DNA of 32,000 nucleotides from Vibrio alginolyticus NBRC 15630 = ATCC 17749 (GTDB lineage Bacteria; Pseudomonadota; Gammaproteobacteria; Enterobacterales; Vibrionaceae): NCBI RefSeq assembly GCF_000354175.2, contig NC_022359.1, positions 930,001 to 962,000 of the forward strand, read 5' to 3'. Shown piece by piece: positions 25,529 to 32,000 of this stretch (position 1 is its first letter; each line of letters starts with the position of its first letter). The notes under the pieces were generated by a model. It saw only the letters and a program-made list of their open reading frames with translations, ran no database searches and was not told where the DNA came from. The position numbers and the translations under genes were made by a program.

Positions 25529-28500
25529 ATGTTCGCTAAAAATACGCTGAAATTAACATTAGGTCTTACGCTTACATCTCTTTTATTGAGTGCATGTGGT
25601 GGTGGTGATGGAGGAGACAACACACCTCCAGCTAGAAGCAAAGGAAGCATTTCCGGTATGGTGTTTGACGCCCCAGTCAATGGCGCCAAGATTGAGGTTT
25701 TCGAGTTCAAAAATGGAAACTTAGGTCGGAAGTTGGCTAACACGACGTCTGATGCCTTCGGAAACTATCTGCTAGAGTTTGAATCGTCGTCAATGCCTCT
25801 TTTTGTTGTTGCAAAAGAGGGGAGTTATACCGATCCGTTTACAAATGAAACGGTATCTGTGAGCAATGCGAAGACACTTAAATTTGAAGGTGTTGTGAAC
25901 TTTAAAGAGGGGAGTGAGCAAAAGTTAATGCTTACTCCGCTGTCGAACTTGGCAGCAGGCTTGGCAAAGTACAAAATTTCTCAGGGGGCCACAGATGAAA
26001 GTGCCTTTTCAACCGCTTTGGGTAGTATCAATAGCATGTATGGTTTTGACGTAAATGAGACCAAACCTATTGATATAACCAAAGGTGGGCAAAGCAGTTT
26101 TGCTAGTGCTGGGCATCAATACGGCGCTTTATTAACTGCATACTCGTCTTACTCTTACGATCTTATAAAAAAATACGGCAACAGCGATAACGTCTACACT
26201 TCAATGCATTTCGCTGACATCCAATATCGGGATGTTATTGCAGATGGTGTTCTTGATGGTCTTGAAGTGAGCCAGACTTCAGGAGCAGTGACTCCCCTCA
26301 GCTTTGGACAGAAAAAGATAAACAGCGACGTTTACACACGTGACTTATCTCAGCACGTTTTGATCGTGGTAAACGACCCAAGTATCAATATTTCTGGTAC
26401 TGATGCTGCCGACTATGTCGACTTTAGTAAGAAGCTTAATGACTTAGGTACATATGGCAGTACAGATGGCGTCATTCCACCGCGAGATGGGACGGAGATT
26501 GATACCACAGCGCCTATCGTGACACGCATTGACCGTGATGTACTTGCAGGCACCGATAAAGTTGACCTAAAAATTGTTGATGATATCGGTGTAGAAGACG
26601 TATCCGCCTTTATTCAGTATCAGATTAATGGCTCGTGGTCTGGTGAATTTCAATGTAACGACATACAAGATTTTGGAAGCACATTCTGTTCGGTTGAATT
26701 TGATGATTTTGAAGTTGGCCTTCGAGAGACCAACGTTAAAGTTAACATTAATACCAAAGAGATCGATAGTGTAGATATGAACCCTGCCACAGGGCTCTCA
26801 AACGTAACAGCAGCACGGTTAGTCTTGTATACAGCGGATGTACTGGGTAATGAGTTAATTCCAGGCAGCCATTCGGGTCTTCATATCAACTTTGAATGGG
26901 ATAACGATGCGCCTGTTATCGATATTACATCGGCGAGTGCAATTAATAACCAACTTAAAGAATACGTTCTGAAAGGAGTTGTAAAAGAAAGCTCGCAAGA
27001 GATTAGTTCGGTCAGTATTTCATTTAAAGATGGCTTACATGAGGGCGTCACATGTTCTCCTGTCACTGTAGAGTCTGGAAATGCTTGTGAGTTTAGTAAG
27101 GCTTACCCAACTGATGAATTCCTATCTACGACGGTCTTTGAGGTTCGAGCGAAGGATAGCAAAGGCAATACGGGCTCTGCGCAGCATGCAGTAAGTCGTG
27201 ACGATCAAGCGCCAGCACAGACGATAACCTATCCTGAAGGTACGTCAATGACGTACGTAAATGTGGGTTTAGATGGTGAACGAACCACTTACGATGGTAT
27301 CTACTCTCAAGATACGTACACCCCAGACAATGTTCAAGCAAGCCGCGATTTCCTGAAGATTGACTATGCGTACGCAAGTTTAGGGATTCAGAACTCATTA
27401 AAAGGGATAGATTTTAGTAACTTCAACGCTAATTTATTGAAAGAGAATAAAATCCCTTATGTTCGTGTGAAAGTATCAGACGTAAATACCGATACGGTTT
27501 TAGGCTCCAACGCTAATAAGCTAAAGCTCGTCGTCAAGTACTACGTAAGCCAAAACAACGATAACAACTACTCACTTCAGCAAGTTATTGACACAACCGC
27601 ATCAGATAACGATTACATCGCAAAAATTCCGCACGAAACGCTGTTAGATAGCAATGGGCGAGTAGAGGATGTCATCTATTACATTCCTTTTGTAAGAGAT
27701 ATTTTGGGTGACAGCTTTAAATCGGTATCAGAAAACAGTAGTCAAAAGTTAGTCATTCAAACCGTCGATGAGTCTGATAACGAAAGCACTCCAAGAGAAG
27801 TATATTTTAGAAGTAGCTTTGACCTACCAACCATAAAAGTGGTGACACCATTTATTGGTGCGCGAGCTCAACTTGAAGGGTTGAGCCCAAGTGGTGAATT
27901 CACTTCACTTGCAAGTTGTACCACTATCCAGCAACTGGAAAGTGACCAGTCTATGGCTCTTGACGTAGCGAGCTGTGAAACCACAACTGACGTAGTGAAT
28001 TATGATTTCATGCGTGTTCGTTTAATTGGTATCGAAGGTAGTGAGCCATACTATTACCAATGGAAAAGAGATCCAGGGACCAAGAAAGTAACGGTTGACT
28101 TAAACAAGGCCAATATTGGTGTGTATTTTAAGCTCAACGGTTCTCAAACTTACTATATTACTGAACTATCGACATATCAGACTGGTTTGTTTGATTTCCA
28201 GTGGGATCAAGTGACAGCGGGAGAGAAAACTTCAGAACGTGCGATTCAAATTCTTGATGAGGTGCGCTACGCGTTATCAGGTACGAATAACAACTCATTC
28301 TTTGGGTTTGACCCAACGGTTGTGTCTTATGCAACCAATGAAATGCTTACGACTAAAGCGATTCCAGACAAGCCATCAAATGACTATCTACACCGATTCC
28401 TTGTTGAAGCAATTGATAGTATTGCCGAGAGAATGCCAAGAAATAACTCATTAGATTTTGCATCTGCTATTTACGATGATTTTAGCTACGATGGAAAAGC

Positions 28501-31500
28501 AAATGGTATAGGGGCCGGAGGAAGTCAAGTTACGCTCGATTCTTACACGTTTGGCGCTGAAACTTACCGAAAAGATCTGGCGCAATCCTATTATGAAATC
28601 ATGGCGAGCAAATACGGTATTGAGACCAATATCGCGCAGCTCTATGCTGATGATATTTCGATGGCTAATCCTGACTTAAATGGTAAGAACATTTTTGATA
28701 CAGAGGGTAGCAGTATCGATACCTTGCCTCCGCAGCCAAAATTAACCATTGAAAGCGGTAGAGAGACGATGGTTGGTAATAGGCTTTATATCGCTGGCGA
28801 GGTTGTTTCTAAAATTGTCCTAGACGATCCTTCTGGTATTGTAGGAACCGACGCTTACGGTCCGAAGTTTAGCACGATGTGGTATCAAGCCAATGAGCCA
28901 AATATTGAAATACCACTGGACATCAACATCGTAGAAAACTCAGGCAACAGCAATGCTTATCGAAAAGAGTACTTCTTCACCCTTAACTCCCAGTCTAGTG
29001 AACTAAAAGACATTATAGAGTTTGCCGTGGAGACCAGTGCTATTGACCCACATGGCAATGCGTATGGTTATAATGGTAAATCTCCGTTTATAGAATCGGT
29101 GTTTATTGATAACGATTTCCCTAAGGCCAGTTACCTTCCACCCAATGATGTCGATGGTAAACCTGTAGAAAACGGTATTTATTTAAATGCGAACAATACT
29201 CATGAATTAACCTTCAAGGTTGAGGATATTGTTGGTGATAAGCTTGCCTCGAGGGGCCTTGTTTTCTACCAGCAAACCGGTGAAAAAGTAACATACACAC
29301 CAGAAAACTTTGCAAGTAACTCGAAAGACGCGTTTAAAGTCAAACTATGTACGGGAGAGATTTGTTCAAATCAAGGCTCTACGATTTATCCTGGTGATGG
29401 AGATTGGTTAGTTGTTGCCGCAGCAGAGGACAACTTAGGTAACTCCGTTTCAGAGTTAACTAGCACCGCTCCGAGATTCAATATTCGTATCGACTCTGAA
29501 GCTCCTATTGTAAAAAGTGAGCAGGTTCAAAGCCGTTTAGGTGGTAATAACCAATGGACACCTGTCATTGATTGGGGGACGTTAAGCTCTGGCAATAACG
29601 TAAAAATAGATTTGCGCCGCGGATCTGGTCAGGCTCTGACATTAGAAAGCTGTGACCCTCTAACAGAGGAGTGTGACGTACCATACCTAGTTGGTGAACA
29701 GCCTGACGTCAAAGTCCAACTGGTTTCAAAAGCATTTGATTACGATGAATGGAATGAGTTTTACGTCACTGCGACGGACAACGCTTACCCTGCCAATGTT
29801 AGTACAACAGGGAAATTTACCTTCCAAGTCGATAACAAAGGCCCTGAAATCATCCTAAACACGCCTTGGGTTGAAGACACATTGTCTAAAGAGAACTATG
29901 TCATAGGGCGTGAGTTCAATGTGCGATTTAAATCCGTAATAGACGATTCAGACCTTGAGCAAGTCTCGCTGTATCAAAGTGGTAAAGATTCGCCAATTAA
30001 GACAATTGTGCCAACGGATTCATCTAAAGAGTTTGTCATGTCTCTTATCAAGAGTGACACAGATAAAATAGACATTTCTGAAGATGAAAAAACAACGTCA
30101 TTGTATGTAAAAGCAACCGATATATATGGTTTTGAGTCTAGTTCTAACACGCACAAGGTTATTCTTGATCGTGATGGGCCAACATTAGGATTAAGTGGTT
30201 TCAATGCGAATGACTACTACTTAGGTAACTATGTCTTTGACCTAACGGCGCTAGACCTAAATGCTAACGGTGATGTTTCAATTAATGGCGTAAATAGAGA
30301 AAGCCTAGAGTATTGGACGTTTAGCGATCTGGAACCATTACCTGGCTCTCCTGGTACAAAAATCAATGAGGATCTCAAAGTGAGCCTTGGTGATTTAGGT
30401 ACGGGTACACACAAGATTCGTTTAAAAGGGTCTGATGTTCGTGGCAACACAACCTTAACCAGTGATGAGCAAGATTTTACCGTCAAAGTGTACAACTCAA
30501 TCCCGCAGGTGACGCTGGCGATGAGTTACACGGATGGAACGCCAATTACAAACAACACCATCTATCAAGATGGGAATATCGTACTTACGCTTGATATTGT
30601 TGATGATAGTGGCGTTGATCGAATTGACTCAACGTATAGATTCTCTGGAGAGCAAAACGGGACTAACTTTACGTTCTCAGAAACCGCAGATGGCACTTGG
30701 ACTGCAACGTTGCTTTCTACACAAATTGCCAAAGATGGTAATTATGAACTTGATATCAAAGTTTATAACAAAGTTCGTTACCTTGATGAAAAAGACCGAA
30801 AGGTTGGAAAAGTAAACCAAACCTTTAGCGTACAGCGTGAAGGCGTGGTTCTAACAGTTGAAAGCCCGCTGGACTTCCAAAATTACTTATCTGATGGTGT
30901 TCTTGATGTCACCTTTACTACAATGAGTGCGGTCAAAGCCAAAACGTTAGAGTGTTGGGTTCGTGAAGAATACAACTCTCTAGATGCGCCACCAACTAAT
31001 GAGCAACCAACTTCTGGTGTTATCAACGTATCGCAAGAACCTTACAGTTGTAGTGTCAATGTTGGGCAAAACATGACCAAAGCACCTGTCACTTTGATCA
31101 CTAAAACCTTGGGTACAAATGGGCGTGAAACGATCAACAAGTTCAATTTCTCGATGGTGGATATTGATGCACCGACAGTCGTGGATGGTAACTCATACAG
31201 TTTTAAAGGAAGTGATGTTTGGTTTGATGAAGCTTTGAAGAAGAAGATGCTCACATTTGAGCTCTCTTTTAATGATGCTTTATCAGGCGTGAATACCGAA
31301 AGTTCAGATGAATATCCAAAGTTGGTTCGTAATCTTGGCAACAAAGCTTATACACCAACGACTTGTGCCAAAGGTGTTGGAAATATCAAGTGTACGTATT
31401 CTGAATCCTATGCCGATATTATTGATGGCCTGAGTACAACTCAAGAATACAAAATCAAGAACTTATCTGATTTAGCAGGAAACTTGACGCCAGAGCACGA

Positions 31501-32000
31501 TCTACTGCTTGAATTACCTAAAGGTTCGGTAGTCGTTGAAATTACTGATCCGGTTGGAAACACAACCATTAATGGTCAGCAGCTTGTCGCCAAGTTCAGA
31601 ATTAAGCTGTATGAAAACTCTAGACTAGACAATGTGATGGCCAGATTTGGAACGGAATCCTACAACTATAAAGATAATCCGGAGAAGTTTGCACAATTAG
31701 AGGTGTGTGCAGATGATCCAACCTACAAGTGTTCAACATTTACAAGTGAACTTCCTAGCGATGCGGATGGAAAAACGATCAGGACAACGATTACTGCAAC
31801 GGATGTGTGGTCGAGAGTCGGTGAAGCGACCGTTGATATTAAAGTTGACAACACACCTCCAAGTGTTGGCGATGAGATTATCGTAACTGAATCGCCAACA
31901 AATCCAGATAATGTTCGTTTTCGTTTCGACATAACGGACACTGGTAGCAGCCTGGCAAAAGTAAACTATTCGGTTTTAAACCCAAGCTATCAAGAAGAAA
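25529..32000 (+). CDS. giant surface lipoprotein (>2,157 aa; 3' end beyond the window) built from Ig-like beta-sandwich modules
   Basis: Absent from the supplied track because it is open at the right edge. I translated the frame by hand from ATG 25529 to 31999 and found no stop; an in-frame TAA at 25496-98 closes the frame upstream. SPase II signal MFAKNTLKLTLGLTLTSLLLSAC|GGGDGG with lipobox LSAC at 25586-25597 and Gly at +2. All minus-strand ORFs and the two plus-strand ORFs listed in this span are short and out of frame. Confidence 0.88.
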   Translation, partial: MFAKNTLKLTLGLTLTSLLLSACGGGDGGDNTPPARSKGSISGMVFDAPVNGAKIEVFEFKNGNLGRKLANTTSDAFGNYLLEFESSSMPLFVVAKEGSYTDPFTNETVSVSNAKTLKFEGVVNFKEGSEQKLMLTPLSNLAAGLAKYKISQGATDESAFSTALGSINSMYGFDVNETKPIDITKGGQSSFASAGHQYGALLTAYSSYSYDLIKKYGNSDNVYTSMHFADIQYRDVIADGVLDGLEVSQTSGAVTPLSFGQKKINSDVYTRDLSQHVLIVVNDPSINISGTDAADYVDFSKKLNDLGTYGSTDGVIPPRDGTEIDTTAPIVTRIDRDVLAGTDKVDLKIVDDIGVEDVSAFIQYQINGSWSGEFQCNDIQDFGSTFCSVEFDDFEVGLRETNVKVNINTKEIDSVDMNPATGLSNVTAARLVLYTADVLGNELIPGSHSGLHINFEWDNDAPVIDITSASAINNQLKEYVLKGVVKESSQEISSVSISFKDGLHEGVTCSPVTVESGNACEFSKAYPTDEFLSTTVFEVRAKDSKGNTGSAQHAVSRDDQAPAQTITYPEGTSMTYVNVGLDGERTTYDGIYSQDTYTPDNVQASRDFLKIDYAYASLGIQNSLKGIDFSNFNANLLKENKIPYVRVKVSDVNTDTVLGSNANKLKLVVKYYVSQNNDNNYSLQQVIDTTASDNDYIAKIPHETLLDSNGRVEDVIYYIPFVRDILGDSFKSVSENSSQKLVIQTVDESDNESTPREVYFRSSFDLPTIKVVTPFIGARAQLEGLSPSGEFTSLASCTTIQQLESDQSMALDVASCETTTDVVNYDFMRVRLIGIEGSEPYYYQWKRDPGTKKVTVDLNKANIGVYFKLNGSQTYYITELSTYQTGLFDFQWDQVTAGEKTSERAIQILDEVRYALSGTNNNSFFGFDPTVVSYATNEMLTTKAIPDKPSNDYLHRFLVEAIDSIAERMPRNNSLDFASAIYDDFSYDGKANGIGAGGSQVTLDSYTFGAETYRKDLAQSYYEIMASKYGIETNIAQLYADDISMANPDLNGKNIFDTEGSSIDTLPPQPKLTIESGRETMVGNRLYIAGEVVSKIVLDDPSGIVGTDAYGPKFSTMWYQANEPNIEIPLDINIVENSGNSNAYRKEYFFTLNSQSSELKDIIEFAVETSAIDPHGNAYGYNGKSPFIESVFIDNDFPKASYLPPNDVDGKPVENGIYLNANNTHELTFKVEDIVGDKLASRGLVFYQQTGEKVTYTPENFASNSKDAFKVKLCTGEICSNQGSTIYPGDGDWLVVAAAEDNLGNSVSELTSTAPRFNIRIDSEAPIVKSEQVQSRLGGNNQWTPVIDWGTLSSGNNVKIDLRRGSGQALTLESCDPLTEECDVPYLVGEQPDVKVQLVSKAFDYDEWNEFYVTATDNAYPANVSTTGKFTFQVDNKGPEIILNTPWVEDTLSKENYVIGREFNVRFKSVIDDSDLEQVSLYQSGKDSPIKTIVPTDSSKEFVMSLIKSDTDKIDISEDEKTTSLYVKATDIYGFESSSNTHKVILDRDGPTLGLSGFNANDYYLGNYVFDLTALDLNANGDVSINGVNRESLEYWTFSDLEPLPGSPGTKINEDLKVSLGDLGTGTHKIRLKGSDVRGNTTLTSDEQDFTVKVYNSIPQVTLAMSYTDGTPITNNTIYQDGNIVLTLDIVDDSGVDRIDSTYRFSGEQNGTNFTFSETADGTWTATLLSTQIAKDGNYELDIKVYNKVRYLDEKDRKVGKVNQTFSVQREGVVLTVESPLDFQNYLSDGVLDVTFTTMSAVKAKTLECWVREEYNSLDAPPTNEQPTSGVINVSQEPYSCSVNVGQNMTKAPVTLITKTLGTNGRETINKFNFSMVDIDAPTVVDGNSYSFKGSDVWFDEALKKKMLTFELSFNDALSGVNTESSDEYPKLVRNLGNKAYTPTTCAKGVGNIKCTYSESYADIIDGLSTTQEYKIKNLSDLAGNLTPEHDLLLELPKGSVVVEITDPVGNTTINGQQLVAKFRIKLYENSRLDNVMARFGTESYNYKDNPEKFAQLEVCADDPTYKCSTFTSELPSDADGKTIRTTITATDVWSRVGEATVDIKVDNTPPSVGDEIIVTESPTNPDNVRFRFDITDTGSSLAKVNYSVLNPSYQEE

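Noticed and set aside
25447-31941. Track ORFs in the right-hand 6.5 kb (minus: 25447..25743, 26881..27066, 27126..27398, 29974..30204, 30229..30495, 31042..31344, 31723..31941; plus: 28239..28454, 30534..30815)
   Set aside because: All are short and out of frame with, or antisense to, the uninterrupted 2,157-codon lipoprotein frame. That frame has a textbook lipobox and coherent domain structure.

Overview
Accessory-looking 32-kb stretch of a gammaproteobacterial chromosome. The gene content looks Vibrionaceae-like, but I cannot verify that from sequence alone. Left to right: (1) a partial small hypothetical gene and a BBE-like FAD oxidase on the minus strand; (2) a ~157-aa hypothetical gene; (3) a 1057-aa HTH-XRE / STAND-ATPase / TPR regulator on the minus strand; (4) across an 868-bp extremely AT-rich spacer, a plus-strand three-gene module of PRMT-like methyltransferase, overlapping Fmt-like formyltransferase and phage-tail-collar (MdpB-type) protein; (5) a ~3,210-codon mosaic Ig/cadherin-type adhesin gene, split by one extra A at 11646, ending in a membrane hairpin, an internal signal peptide and a small beta-barrel; (6) a degraded ISAs1-family transposase tail; (7) a MocR (GntR-aminotransferase) regulator divergent from a class C beta-lactamase, followed by a XAT (CatB/Vat-like) acetyltransferase; (8) an M23 peptidase; (9) a >2,157-codon lipoprotein gene running from 25529 to the window end. 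The supplied ORF track misses that lipoprotein gene, and also the minus-strand gene at 1..323, because both are open at a window edge. I saw no rRNA, tRNA, CRISPR array or intact mobile element. The items most worth follow-up are the C-terminal architecture of the adhesin, the PRMT-like/Fmt-like/tail-collar module with its STAND regulator, and the unassigned giant lipoprotein. All functional calls rest on motifs I read by eye; no database search was possible.
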